Assembly (NCBI GenBank): GCA_038087875.1
Contig: CM075998.1
Location: forward strand, 4,962,001 to 5,026,000
Source: Malacoraja senta
Lineage: Eukaryota
DNA: 64,000 nucleotides
Direction: 5' to 3'
Both the position numbers and the translations under genes were made by a program. Under the pieces are notes generated by a model, which did not search any database, had not been told where the DNA came from, and saw nothing but the letters and a program-made list of their open reading frames with translations. This document shows positions 51,349 through 64,000 of the stretch, one piece after another (position 1 is the stretch's first letter; the number at the start of each line of letters is the position of its first letter).

Positions 51349-54135
51349 AGATTCACCACTCTCTGTGTGAAAAAAATTTCCTCATCTCGGTCTTAAAGGA
51401 TTTCCCCCTTATCCTTAAGCTGTGACCCCTTGTCCTGGACTTCCCCAACATCGGGAACAATCTTCCTGCATCTAGCCTGTCCAACCCCATAAGAATTTTG
51501 TACGTTTCTATAAGATCCCCTCTCAATCTCCTAAATTCTAGTGAGTATAAGCCAAGTCTATCCAGTCTTTCTTCATATGAAAGTCCTGACATCCCAGGAA
51601 TCAGTCTGGTGAACCTTCTCTGCACTCCCTCTATGGCTATAATGTCCTTCATCAGATTTGGAGACCAAAACTGTACGCAATACTCCAGGTGTGGTCTCAC
51701 CAAGACCCAGTACAACTGCAGTAGAACCTCCCTGCTCCTATACTCAAATCCTTTTGCTATGAAAGCTAACATACCATTCGCTTTCTTCACTGCCTGCTGC
51801 ACCTGCATGCCTACTTTCAATGACTGGTGTACCATGACACCCAGGTCCCGCTGCATCTCCCCATTTCCTAATCGGCCACCATTTAGATAATAGTCTGCTT
51901 TCTTGTTTTTGCCACCAAAGTGGATAACCTCACATTTATCCACATTATACTGCATCTGCCAAACATTTGCCCACTCACCCAGCCTATCCAAGTCACCTTG
52001 CAGTCTCCTAGCATCCTCCTCACAGCTAACACTGCCCCCCAGCTTAGTGTCATCCGCAAACTTGGAGATGTTGCCTTCAATTCCCTCATCCAGTTCATTA
52101 ATATAAATTGTAAATAGCTGGGGTCCCAGCACTGAGCCTTGCGGTACCCCACTAGTCACTGCTTGCCATTGTGAAAAGGACCCGTTTACTCCTACTCTTT
52201 GCTTCCTGTTTGCCAGCCAGTTCTCTATCCACATCAATACTGAACCCAAAATACCGTGTGCTTTAAGTTTGTATACTAATCTCTTATGTGGTACCTTGTC
52301 GAAAGCCTTCTGAAAGTCCAGATACAACACATCCACTGGTTCTCCCCTATCCACTCTACTAGTTACATCCTCGAAAAATTCTATAAGATTTGTCAGACAT
52401 GATTTACCTTTCGTAAATCCATGCTGACTTTGTCCAATGATTTCACCACTTTCCAAATGTGCTGCTATCCCATCTTTAATAAGTGACTCTAGCAGTTTCC
52501 CCACTACCGATGTTAGACTAACTGGTCTGTAATTCCCCGTTTTCTTTCTCCCTCCCTTCTTAAAAAGTGGGGTTACGTTTGCTACCCTCCAATCCTCAGG
52601 AACTACTCCAGAATCTAAAGAGTTTTGAAAAATTATCACTAATGCATCCACTATTTCTGGAGCTACTTCCTTAAGTACTCTGGGATGCAGCCTATCTGGC
52701 CCTAGTGATTTATCGGCCTTTAATCCATTCAATTTACCCAACACCACTTCCCGACTAACCTGGATTTCACTCAGTTCCTCCATCTCCTTTGACCCACGGC
52801 CCCCTGCTATTTCCGGCAGATTATTTATGTCTTCCTTAGTGAAGACGGAACCAAAGTAGTTATTCAATTGGTCCGCCATGTCCTTGTTCCCCATGATCAA
52901 TTCACCCGTTTCTGACTGCAAGGGACCTACATTTGTTTTAACTAATCTCTTTCTCTTCACATATCTATAAAAACTTTTGCAGTCAGTTTTTATGTTCCCT
53001 GCCAGTTTCCTTTCATAATCTATTTTCCCTTTCCTAATTAAGCCCTTTGTCCTCCTCTGCTGGTCTCTGAATTTCTCCCAGTCCTCTGGTATGCTGCTTT
53101 TTCTGGCTAATTTGTACGCATCATCTTTTGCTTTGATACTATCCCTGATTTCCCTTGTTATCCACGGATGCACTACCTTCCCTGATTTATTCTTTTGCCA
53201 AACTGGGATGAACAATTTTTGTAGTTCATCCATGCAGTCTTTAAATGCCTTCCATTGCATATCCACCGTCAACCCTTTTAGAATTGCCAGTCAATCTTGG
53301 CCAATTCACGTCTCATACCCTCAAAGTTACCTTTCTTTAAGTTCAGAACCGTTGTTTCTGAATTAACAATGTCACTCGCCATCCTAATGAAGAACTCAAC
53401 CATATTATGGTCACTCTTGCCCAAGGGGGCACGCACAACAAGACTGCTAACTAACCCTTCCTCATTACTCAATACCCAGTCTAGAATAGCCTGCTCTCTT
53501 GTTGGTTCCTCTACATGTTGGTTTAGATAACTATCCCGCATACATTCCAAGAAATCCTCTTCCTCAGCACCCCTGCCAATTTGATTCACCCAATCTATAT
53601 GTAGATTGAAGTCACCCATTATAACTGTTTTGCCTTTGTTGCACGCATTTCTAATTTCCTGTTTGATGCCATCCCCAACTTCACTACTACTGCTAGGTGG
53701 CCTGTACACAACACCCACCAGCGTTTTCTGCCCCTTAGTGTTTTGCAGCTCTACCCATACCGATTCCACATTCTCCAAGCTAATGTCCTTCCTTTCCACT
53801 GCGTTAATCTCCTCTCTAACCAGCAACGCTACCCCACCTCCTTTTCCTTTCTCTCTATCCCTCCTGAATATTGAATATCCCTGGATGTTCAGCACCCAGC
53901 CTTGGTCACCCTGGAGCCATGTCTCCGTGATCCCAACTATATCATAAACATTACTTGCTATCTGCACGTTCAACTCATCCACCTTATTACGAATGCTCCT
54001 TGCATTGAGACACAAAGCCTTCAGGCTTGTTTTTACAACGCTCTTACCCCTTATACAATTATGTTGAAAAGTGGCCCTTTTTGATTTTTGCCCTGGATTT
54101 GTCTGCCTGCCACTTTTACTTTTCACCTTGCTTCC
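51349..54135 (-). mobile_element. CR1 LINE ORF2 (endonuclease plus RT), one frameshift, abutting the assembly gap
   Basis: ORFs 53278-54126 (NARSIRNK, GITETW, MGDFN, SDH) and 51353-53272 (NYRPVSLTS, DFQKAFDKV, GVPQGSVLGP, KFADD, VRPHLEYC). Confidence 0.95.
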
Positions 54136-54139
54136 TCAT

Positions 54140-55570
54140 GACTACAGAGGTCAGTGCAACAGGCCTGTAGTCATTAAGACAAGTAATCCTTGCCTTTTGG
54201 GGTACAGGGACAATAGTGGAGACTTTGAAGCAGGCAGGAACAGTACTTGTTTGCAGGGACTGTTTAAAAATGTCTGTTTTGTCTGTTTGGCACAGAGCTT
54301 AAGAGTAGAGGGGGAAACATTGTCCGGTCCTGGAGATTTCCGGCTTTTTTGTCTTCTGAAAAGCCTCTCCACCTCCTCTATTTTTATTGTTGATATTGGA
54401 TAAGTTATGTTGTGCAGCATAGAGGGTGTGGGTGATTGGGTGTGAAGTGGTGATTGGAGGGAGGTGGGTGTAGAAAGGCCCAGTCTCTGCAGACTGAGGT
54501 CAGGCTGTGAGTGGGTGTGAAGTGTTGGTTGGGGTGGGAAAGGGTCCAGTCTTTTCATACTGGAGTCTTGTCTTAAGTAGGTGTGAAGTGGTGAATGGGA
54601 AGGAGAGGGTGCAGGGTCCATTCTTTGTAGACTGGGGTCTGGCTGTGTTGGTTGAGGAGGGGGGGAGGGGTTAGCAGGGTTACGTTTCTGATTTTCAAAC
54701 CTGCAGTAAAACTCATTCAGGTCGTTGGTCAGCTGACGATTGTCCAAAGAGCGAGGGGCTTTCCTCTTGTAGCTGGTAATTTCTTGCAAGCCCTTCCAAA
54801 CTGAAGAAGAGTCACTCGCTGAGAACTTGCTCCTCAACTTCTCAGAGTACCTTTCCTTGGAGGCTCCGATTCCTCTTCTCAGCTTGTACTTGGCCTGCCT
54901 GTAGAGGTCTGCATCCCCGCTCCTGTAGGCCTCATCTTTAGACCGTCGGAGCTGTCTGAGTTCTGCAGTGAACCAGGGCTTGTTGTTGTTGAACCATGTC
55001 CGGGTCTTAGTTGGAATGCAACTGTCCTCACAAAAGCTGACATATGATGATACAGTGTCCGTATACTCATCGAGGCTTGTGGTTGCTTCCCTGAACACAT
55101 TCCACTCCGTGCAGTCAAAGCAGGATTGTAGGTTCTCTATGCCCTCGCTTGTCCACCTTTTCGTTGTTCTGACCACAGGCTTAGCAGTTTTTAGTTTCTG
55201 CCTGTAGGTCAGAATAAAATGAACTAGACAATGATCAGAGAGACCCAGACCCGCCTGGGGAATAGAGCGATAAGCGTTCTTGATTGCCGTATAACAGTGA
55301 TCGAGTGTTCTCTCCCCTCTGGTGGGGCAGGTAACATGAAGTTTGTACTTTGGAAGGTCACGACTGAGGTTAGCTTTGTTAAAGTCCCCCAAAACAATGA
55401 CCATGGAGTCCGGGAAGTCACTCTCTACCCTCATTACTTGGTCAGCGAGTTGCATTTGCGCCTTACGTACGCAGGCTTGGGGGGGGGATGTAAACTCCAG
55501 CGAGAATAAAGGAGTTAAATTCCCTCGGAGAGTAGAACATGCAACTATTAATTGCAAAGAATTCATACCA
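54140..55570 (-). mobile_element. Rex1/Babar LINE fragment
   Basis: PREF...GVYIPP, LGDFNKANL, TLDHCY, SDH, NNKPW and KSPGPD motifs, with a Pro-rich repetitive insert. Confidence 0.85.
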
Positions 55571-58500
55571 GGATGAATTTAACACAAAAGTCTTGTTGTT
55601 CTTGCCTTGGCACCAATTCAATGTACATTTAGCTTTTTTGGGTTTTCTTCTCATTGTTGTTCTTTAATTATACTCTGTTAATGAGTGATCTGAAACGGGT
55701 GCATCAGAGTTTCTAAGCAACTTTGTGTACCCATTTTTACCCATGAAAGACCAATTAAGTTTAAAACAAAAAATGCTGCTACTTACAGGGGTGGCATGGT
55801 GGCGCAGCGGTAGAGTTGCTGCCTCACAACGCCAGGGAGCCGGGTTCTATCCTGACCACGGGTGCTGTCTGTACGGAGTTGGCACGTTCTCCCCGTGACC
55901 TGCGTGGATTTTCTCCGAGATTTCCGGTTTCCTCCCACACTCCAAAGACGTACAGGTTTGTACGTGAATTGGCTTGGTGTAATTGGAAAAAATTGTCCTT
56001 AGTGTGTGTAGGATAGTGTTAATGTTCGGGGATCGCTGGTCAGCATGGACTTGATGGGCCGAAGAGCCTGTTTCCGCGCTGTATCTCTAAACTAAACTAA
56101 ACGTGTTTGCTGTTGTAAAAAATATATTCCTTAAATCTATGAGAAGATTATTTATTTTTTGTTAGAGCACAAATGTTCGACATTTCATAGATTAGCTTCC
56201 CACATATTTAATTTAATCTTGGTTTTTCAAAATGGCTACTGCTTCCATTGTTGCTAAAAAAAAAGATCTGCTGGTCAGGAATTCTTTGAACTGTGCAGAG
56301 TCTAGGAGCAAGAGGTTTAATTTGTTACAAGCTAGGTAACAGCTGATAGTTTTCTGGTTTTGCTATCTGGAATTTAGAACGGAGACGAGGAAACACTTTT
56401 TCACACAGAGGGTTGTGAGTCTGTGGAATTCTCTGCCTCAGAGGGCGGTGGAGGCAGGTTCTCTGGCTACTTTCAAGAGAGAGCTAGATAGTGCTCTTAA
56501 AGATAGCGGAGTCAGGGGATAATGGGGAGAAGGCAGGAACGGGGTACTGATTGTGGATGATCAGCTCGAAGGGCCGAATGGCCTACTCCTGCACCTATTG
56601 TCTATTGTCTAGCTTCCATTCCGCTACAGAGTGCAAGGGAGGAAAAGACTCAAGGTTTGTTTAGACTGATCGATGTCGTAATGCACAGTCCTTGAGCTGA
56701 AATGTGACCTCTGTTCCTCTTTCCACACATCCTAATCAAACACCAGGTATTTACAACATTTCCAATTTCAATTAGAGGCATGTTGCCCCAACATCACAGG
56801 ATGGCACAGAGCCGCTGCCTCACTGCGCCAGAGACCTGCATTCGATACTGACCCCGGGTGCCGTCTGTGTGGAGTTTGCACGTTCTCCTCATGACCGCGT
56901 GGGTTTTCTACGGGTGCTCCCACAAGATGTGCGGGTTGGTAGGTTAATTAGCTGCGGTAGGGAGCGGATGAGAAAGTGGGATAACATAGAACTTCTGTGA
57001 AGGAGTGGTCGGTGGTCGGTGTGGGCCGAAGGGCCTGCTTCCTTGTACATTCTCCCCGTGACCTGCGTGGGTTTTCTCCGAGATCTTTGGTTTCCTCCCA
57101 CACTCCAAAGACAAGCAGGTTTGTAGGTTAATTGGCTTGGTATAAATGTAAAAATTGGCCCTAGTTTGTATAGGATAGTGTTAGTGTGCGAGGATCGCTG
57201 GTCGGCGTAGAGGGCCTGTTTCCATGCTGTATCTCTAAACTAAACTAAACCAGTTCCGTTGCTCAGGCCACGATCAACAAGTGCCATGGGCAACCAGAAC
57301 CAACATGCCCATCCACACTTGCCCCTACCTGCCCGCATTTGGCCCATATCCCTCTAAACCTCTCCTATCCATATATATATCCATTGTATCCAAATATATT
57401 TTAAACGTTGGGAAAGTCCCTGCCTCAACTACCTCCTCTGGCAGCTTGTTCCATACACCCACCACCCTTTGTGTGAAAAAGGTTACCCCTCGGGTTCCTA
57501 TTAAATCCTTCCCCTCTCACCTGAAACCTATGTCCCCTGGTTCTCGATTCCCCCACCCTGCATAAAAGACTCTGTGCATTCATCCTATCCATTCCCCTCA
57601 TGATCACCCCTCATCCTCCTGCGCTCCATGGAATAGAGTCCCAGCCTGCTCAACCTCTCCCTGTAGCTCAGGCCCTCTAGTCCTGGCAACATCCTCGTAG
57701 ATCTTCTCTGCATTCTTTCCAGCTTGACAACAGGAAATCCTAGCAGCTTTTCACGCCCCCCCCCCTCCCCCCCTTCTCTTTGAACCCCACCATGTTCAGA
57801 GATGCTGCCTGACCCGCTGAGCTGCTCCAGCATTCTGTGTCTATTTCTGATATTACCCTTTGTGTCTGGTGGAGCCAGGATCTCTCGTAGACCGGGCACG
57901 GACTTCCTTCAGCTCAAAGGAAAACACAAAGTGCTGGAGGAACTCAGCGGGTCAGGCAGCATCTGTGGGGGGGGGGGTCGAGTCTGAAGTAGGGTCCTGA
58001 CCTGAAACAACACCTGCCTGACCCATTAGTGATAGGAGCAGAATTAGGCCATTCTGCCCATCAAGCCTACTCTGCCATTCAATGATGGCTGATCTATCTT
58101 TCCCTCTCAACCCCATTCTCCTGACACTCGTACTAATAAAAAATCTATCAATCTCCGCCTTAAAATACCCACTGACTTGGCCTCCACAGTCTTCTGTGGC
58201 ACTGAATTCCACAGATTCACCATCCTCTGACTAAAGAAATTCCTCCTCATCTCCTTCCTAAAAGAATATCCTTTGGCCTCTGGTCCTAGACTCTCCCACT
58301 AGTGGACACATCCTCTCCACATCCACTCTATCCAGGCCTTTCACTATTCAGTAAGATTCAATGAAGTCCCCGCTCATACTTCTAAACTCCAGCGAGTACA
58401 GGCCCAGTGCCCTCAAATGCTCATCGTATGTTAACCCACTCATTCCTAGAATCATTCTCATTCCTCCAGCACTTTGTGTTTTGACTAAGAATCTATTGAG

Positions 58501-60089
58501 AGTTTTGCACCGTTTCCTTGTATATGTTTTTGATTATGAAAACAAATTTCAGATTTTTTTAAATATCATGAATGTTCGACATTGGGTTACTAGGTGTGAT
58601 GAGTGTTCCCATTGTACCAGAGTCAGCACATTCAGCATCAATGTTGACAGCTCCTGACAATATTGGCAACTGGCAAAGCTGAAGACATGGCATAGTGGGC
58701 AATTTTAAGGCTGGAATATCTTCTTCCCTTCCCTTGTTTTACGTTACATGCTACCCAGTTTAGAACTGGGATAGTTTTTGATGGCACGTTAAGTTTCCAC
58801 AAGTGTGTACTTAATAGCTCAATGTCAAGTCCGACTTGCTGTGTGCTTCGGAGGCATTCATTCAGAATGGCTTGGCAGTTGGTATTTGAGATGACCACCT
58901 CATCCAGTTGCCCACCATTTGCCCCACTGGTTGCACTTTCATCTCTAGGGATTGCAACAACGTTGCTCCGTGCCATTGAACTCCGGAATCAAGGGGCGGC
59001 ACGGTGGCGCAGCGCTAAATCACAGCGCCAGGGACCCGGGTTTGATCCTGACCTCGGGTGCTGTCTGTGTGCGGAGATTGCACGTTCTCCCGGTGACCGC
59101 GTGGGTTTCCTCTGGGTGCTCTGGTTTCCTCCCACGTCCCAAAGACATGTGGGTTTGTAGGTTAATTCGCCTCTGTAAATTGCCCCCTAGTCTTCTTCTT
59201 ATCGAGTCCTCATCAAGATTAGAAGTTGTTCAGCCAGAGCTGAACACACTTCTCGGCATCTGCATACAATGGTGTCTGTCTTGTCGCTTCTTGTACGTGG
59301 TGGTGGAAAGATTGGTGGAAACAGGGCCGCGACATGAACGCTCTTTCCTTGACCCCGCCCCCTAGTCATAGTCATAGTCATCTAGCATGGAAACAGGCCC
59401 TTCGGCCCAACTTGCCCACGCCGACCAACATGCCCCATCTACACTAGTCCCACCTGCCCGCGTTTGACCCCTATCCCTCCAAACCTGTCCTAGCTATGTA
59501 CCTGTCTAACTGTTTCTTAAACGATGGGATAGTCCCAGCCTCAACTACCTCCTCTGGCAGCTCGTTCCATACACCCACCACCCTCTGTGTGAAAAAGTTA
59601 CCCCTCAGATTCCTATTAAATCTTTTCCCCTTCACCTTAAACCTATGTCCTCTGGTCCTCGATTCCCCTACTCTGGGCAAGAGACTCTGTGCATCTACCC
59701 GATCTATTCCTCTCATGATTTTATACACCTCTATAAGAATGTAGGGAGCGTAAAAAGTGGGATAACATCGAACTGGTATTCAGTGGTCAGCATGGACTCG
59801 GTGGGCCGAATGGTCTGTTCGCATGCTACATCTTTTGATCAATCAATTCACAGTCTGAAAAAGGACACAGCGGGTCAGGCAGCATCTGTGGAGAACATGG
59901 ATAGGTGACGTTTCACAGAGTGCTGGAGTAACTCAGCGGGTCAGGCAGCATCTGTGGGGAACATGGATAGGTGACGTTTCACAGAGTGCTGGAGTAACTC
60001 AGCGGGTCAGGCAGCATCTGTGGAGAACATGGATAGGTGACGTTTCACAGAGTGCTGGAGTAACTCGGCCTCTAGTGTAAAACCCCACA

Positions 60090-60660
60090 TCGTCCCCCCT
60101 CTCTCTCTTCCTCGCTCGTTACTTTATCTCTCCGTTTCATTTCAGTCTCTCCCTGACCCACCCACCTCTCGCTCCTCACGGCCTCGCATTCTGACCTGCT
60201 TGTCCCCGCAGTTCACTCTCTCCTCCCCCGATCTCTTCCTCTACCCTCTCTCTTGCTGTCTCTCGTTCTGACCCCATCCTTTCCCTCGCTCTTCCCTTCT
60301 CCTTCCCACTCTTTCCTACCGTGACCTCTCTCCACTCCCGTCTTGCAGTGTCCACCATCGCCTCTTCCTATTGTCCGTTCTTCCCTCCCTATCCCTTCTC
60401 TCCTCTCCCTCCCCTTCTCACTCCTCTCTCCTTCCTCGTCTCTGTTCCCCTCTCTCCTTTCCACCCTTTCTCCCCTTCCTCTCTCTCACCTTCCCTCCCC
60501 CTCTCTCCCTGCCCATCCTCCCCCTCTCCTCCTGCCGGCTTCCTCCCCTCTCTCCCCTTCCCTCCCTCTCTCTTTCTCTCTCTGTCTCTCTCCCTCCCTC
60601 CTTCTCTCCCCGCCTGCTCCCTCTCTCCCTTCCTCCCTCCCATTCTCTCTCCGCTCTCTG
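60090..60660. repeat. Polypyrimidine (CT-rich) low-complexity tract
   Basis: Read directly; it accounts for the S/P/L-rich and R/E/G-rich spurious ORFs. Confidence 0.9.
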
Positions 60661-60774
60661 TGACAAAGATCATAGATGCTCTGTAAGTTACCTCACGCTC
60701 CCAAGTGAGATGATTCCTTGTGTTTGTTTACCTCTCTCTGCGCACATCCTGTCCCGGAGCTACGAATGTCTAGT

Positions 60775-61515
60775 CAAGTCACTTTTATTTCTATAGCACA
60801 TTTACAAAACAACTCTCCTTGACCAAAGTGCTTTACATTGGTGGAGGTACTAACGTTATACAACAGTGGTTCATAGATTAACTACAGACATAAATACATA
60901 CATATAGCCCTCCCTCAGAGGACGTCAAGACAGGCTTGAGAATAAAGATAAGTTTTAAGTCTAGACTTAAAAGAGTTGATGGAGGGGGCAGTTCTGATGG
61001 GAAGGGGGATGCTGTTCCACAGTCTAGGAGCTGCAACCGCAAAGGCCCGGTCGCCCCTGAGCTTATGCCTAGACCGCAGGATGGTCAGTAACCCCAAGTC
61101 GGCCGATCTGAGGGACCTGGAGGTGGAGTGGTGGGTTAGCAGACTTTTGATGTAGGTGGGGGCAAGCCCGTTAAGGGCTTTGTAGACATAGAGGGGGATA
61201 TTGAAATGTATACGGAACCGCACAGGGAGCCAGTGGAGAGAGGCCAGAATCGGGGTGATGTGGTCCCTTTTTCGGGTGCCCGTCAGGAGTCTCGCTGCGG
61301 CGTTTTGGACCAGTTGCAGGCGGGACAGGGAAGATTGGCTGATGCCAGTGTAAAGGGAGTTGCAGTAATCTAGGCGGGAGGAGATGAATGTGTGGATGAT
61401 CTTTTCGAGGTCGTCAAACTGGAGGAATTGTTTTATTTTAGCTATCGTCCGAAGCTGGAGGAAGCTAGCTTTTACCACGGCATTGACTTGTTTGTCAAAT
61501 TTCAATGCTGAGTCT
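60775..61515 (-). mobile_element. L2 LINE 3' fragment
   Basis: ISSRLDYCNSL...LQLVQNAAARLL...HITPILASLHWLPV...GDRAFAVAAPRLWN, followed by the tail aataaaagtgacttgact. Confidence 0.9.
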
Positions 61516-61595
61516 GAGTATAAACATAGTATTATAAGGGTATTATAATAAACATAATATTACATAGCGTCCAAGCAAAGATACTATAGACATAC

Positions 61596-62475
61596 TATAG
61601 GGAGGGTGCACGGCAGTCGGGTCACGACCCATGACCCATACTGTTGCTATGCTACGCCAAATGGATTACACGCGATGAACTGCAGGTAAGCACTTACCAT
61701 TGTTTCCAGCGTAGCGGGCCCGTTAAAACCCGCCGAAATGGTCAATTTTTGCGCTGTAAATAATTATGGAAATCGGGATAAGCGTGAGAGACATTTAGCC
61801 TACTTCAGAATTCAAAAAGTGAGGAGAAATCACGGTAGATTGAAGCGAGAGCTGAAGGGACAACAACAGCCAAAGTGCTTGTCGAACATTGGCCGTTTGC
61901 TCACTGCATTTCATCAACTAAGGCATTATTTGTGTTTTTTCTTGATTCCTTTGGCATCTAAAAAGTTTCAGAAGGGATAAATCTGGCTGTAAAATTTTAA
62001 AATCGCCCCTGGTTCTCAAATGGGTTTTTACATACAAAATTTACAACCAGATTTACCACTTCTGAGACTTTTTAGATACCAAATGAATCAAGAAAAACAA
62101 AACAAATAATGCCTTACCGTTAATGAAATGCAGTGAGCAAACGCGATAATTCCCAATATTTTCAATTCCGATATCTGCACGGCCAATGTTCGCCAATCAC
62201 TTTAGCTGTTGTTGTCCCTTCAGCTGTCGCTTCTCTTTACCTTCATTTCTCTTTTGGAATTCTAAAGTTGGGTCCATGTCTCTCACACTTACCCCAACTT
62301 CCACAATTTTTTACAGCGAAAAAATTCAACATTTTGGCGTTTTTTAACAGGTAGGAAAGTACGCGTTTCTAGCATTAATAACATATACCGGAAGTGACGT
62401 ATGTCCTCCAGATGGATTAAGCGGCTCCGTGCGTCAAGCCCTATGACCCAGTGACCTTACGTGCAACCCCCCTAT
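61596..62475. mobile_element. Foldback MITE-like DNA element
   Basis: Ends TATAGGGAGGGTGCACG and CGTGCAACCCCCCTATA. Long imperfect internal inverted arms, e.g. 61921-61975 versus 62060-62115. Confidence 0.65.
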
Positions 62476-62528
62476 AAACATAGTAAACATAAAGTTGATT
62501 ACACTGCGAGAGGCATAACTGAAGTGGG

Positions 62529-63415
62529 TACACAAAAATGCTGGAGAAACTCAGCGGGTGCAGCAGCATCTATGGAGCGAAGGAGATAGGTAACGTTTCG
62601 GGACGAAACCCTATCCGAAATGTCCTCATTCTTCAGGGAACGGGGGTTCCCCTCCTCCACCATAGATGAGGCTCGCACCAGGGTCACTGCTATACCCTGC
62701 AACACTGCTCTCTCTCCCCATCCCCCCACTCACAACAAGGGCAGAGTCCCCCTAGTCCTCACCTTTCACCCCACCAGCCGTCACATACAACAAGTGATCC
62801 TCCGTCAGTTTCGCCACCTCCAACGTGACCCCACCACTCGCCACATCTTCCCATCTCCCCCTATGTCTGCCTTCCGCAAAGACCGCTCCCTCCGTAACTC
62901 CCTTGTCAATTCTTCCCTTCCCTCCCGTACCACCCCCTCCCCGGGTACTTTCCCTTGCAACCGCAAGAGATGCAACACTTGTCCCTTCACCTCTCCCCTC
63001 AACTCCATTCAAGGACCTAAGCAGTCGTTCCAGGTGCGACAGAGGTTCACCTGCATCTCCTCCAACCTCATCTATTGCATCCGCTGCTCTAGATGCCAGC
63101 TGATCTACATCCACTACAAACCTACCGACTCCCATGGCTATCTGGACTACACTTCTTCCCGCCCTGCTTCCTGTAAGGACTCCATCCCCCACTCCCAATT
63201 CCTCCGTCTACGCCACATCTGCTCCCAGGATGAGGCGTTCCACACCAGGGCATCTGAAATGTCCTCATTCTTCAGGGAACGGGGGTTCCCCTCCTCCACC
63301 ATAGATGAGGCTCGCACCAGGGTCTCTGCCATACCCCGCAACACTGCTCTCTCTCCCCATCCCCCCACTCACAACAAGGGCAGAGTCCCCCCTAGTCCTC
63401 ACCTTTCACCAAACT
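62529..63415 (+). mobile_element. Penelope-like element insertion with 15-bp TSD
   Basis: Direct repeat CATAACTGAAGTGGG at 62514-62528 and 63416-63430. Contains an inverted terminal piece plus a partially tandem-duplicated ORF fragment (YKPTDSHGYLDY...SQFLRLR; CNRKRCNTC...NLIYCIRC). Confidence 0.88.
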
Positions 63416-63551
63416 CATAACTGAAGTGGGACCGGGTTACTAAAATGGCCGACGTTGCGTTCCGTTGCGTACTACACGTCAGGCCATTTTGTAGGCGTGG
63501 TTTATCTTGCTCCGCTCAGTGAGGGCCAGTGAGTGGGGGGGGAAGGGCAAG

Positions 63552-64000
63552 ATGGCGTGGCTCAGGTCGGTGTTGCAGTGCTTGGTGGAGCTGCTGGTGC
63601 TGCCGGTGAGCATCCTGCGCTACGCGGGGCTGTGGGACCCGCTGTACAAGCGCTTCTTCCCGCACCTGATGTGCTGCTTCGTGGCCGACATCAACAGGAA
63701 GATGGCGAAGGTGAAGAAGGAGCTGTTCGACGAGTTGCCGGCCTTCGCGGCCGCGGCGCCGCTCCGCGTGCTGGAGGTGGGCTGCGGCACCGGCGCCAAC
63801 TTCCCCTTCTACCCCTGGGGCTGCAAGGTCACCTGCCTCGACCCCAACCCCAACTTCGAGCGCTTCTTGCGCCGCAGCGTCGCCGACAGCGGCCACGTCG
63901 AGCTGGAGAGGTTCTTGCTGGGCAGCGCCGAGGACATGCAGCAAGTGGCGAGCGGCTCGATGGACGCCGTGGTGTGTACACTGGTGTTGTGCAGCGTCCG
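63552..64000 (+). CDS. METTL7A: Thiol methyltransferase METTL7A/TMT1A-like, coding exon 1 (truncated by window end)
   Basis: ATG at 63552 (context AAGATGG) opens MAWLRSVLQCLVELLVLPVSILRYAGLWDPLYKRFFPHLM...KKELFDEL...LRVLEVGCGTGANFPFYPWGCKVTCLDPNPNFERFL...AEDMQQVASGSMDAVVCTLVLCSV. It has an N-terminal hydrophobic anchor, SAM motif I (LEVGCGTG) and the DPNPNFE and VVCTLVLCSV motifs of the METTL7 family. CpG-rich. Absent from the ORF track because it has no stop inside the window. METTL7A versus METTL7B is assigned by resemblance and proximity to SMARCD1. Confidence 0.93.
   Translation, partial: MAWLRSVLQCLVELLVLPVSILRYAGLWDPLYKRFFPHLMCCFVADINRKMAKVKKELFDELPAFAAAAPLRVLEVGCGTGANFPFYPWGCKVTCLDPNPNFERFLRRSVADSGHVELERFLLGSAEDMQQVASGSMDAVVCTLVLCSV

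Noticed and set aside
58638..58976. 112-aa minus-strand ORF in unique sequence as a possible SMARCD1 exon
   Set aside because: No resemblance to SMARCD1 or any family I recognise, and no convincing splice sites.
60176..60796. Arg/Glu/Gly-rich and Ser/Pro/Leu-rich ORFs
   Set aside because: Low-complexity CT tract.
63516..63944. 142-aa minus-strand ORF
   Set aside because: Antisense shadow of the GC-rich METTL7A exon.

Overview
This is repeat-dense vertebrate genomic DNA, most likely from a cartilaginous fish such as a skate or ray (inferred from HE1-type tRNA SINEs, CR1 LINEs and Penelope-like elements), with a 200-N assembly gap at 51149-51348. Three host genes are recognisable: (i) the last coding exon of SMARCD1 on the minus strand (VQQRRQELEQALGIRNT*) with a ~3.1 kb 3' UTR; (ii) directly downstream, in the position GPD1 occupies in human, the decayed exons of a GPD1 pseudogene; (iii) exon 1 of METTL7A/TMT1A on the plus strand, running off the window end. 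Splice-signal-supported exon candidates of an unidentified plus-strand gene lie at the start. A ~19 kb class-I endogenous retrovirus relic (LTR, integrase, env, LTR; minus strand) holds nested Tc1, Rex1, CR1, SINE, solo-LTR and Penelope insertions. The most unusual signals are a P-element-like non-autonomous transposon with 8-bp TSDs that contains two 33-36 bp two-ends-only inserts resembling P-type excision footprints, a related end abutting the METTL7A start, hammerhead-core-bearing Penelope mini-elements with satellites derived from them, and a Tc1 copy carrying the flank of its neighbour. All identifications were made by eye from recalled protein and repeat motifs; no searches were run.
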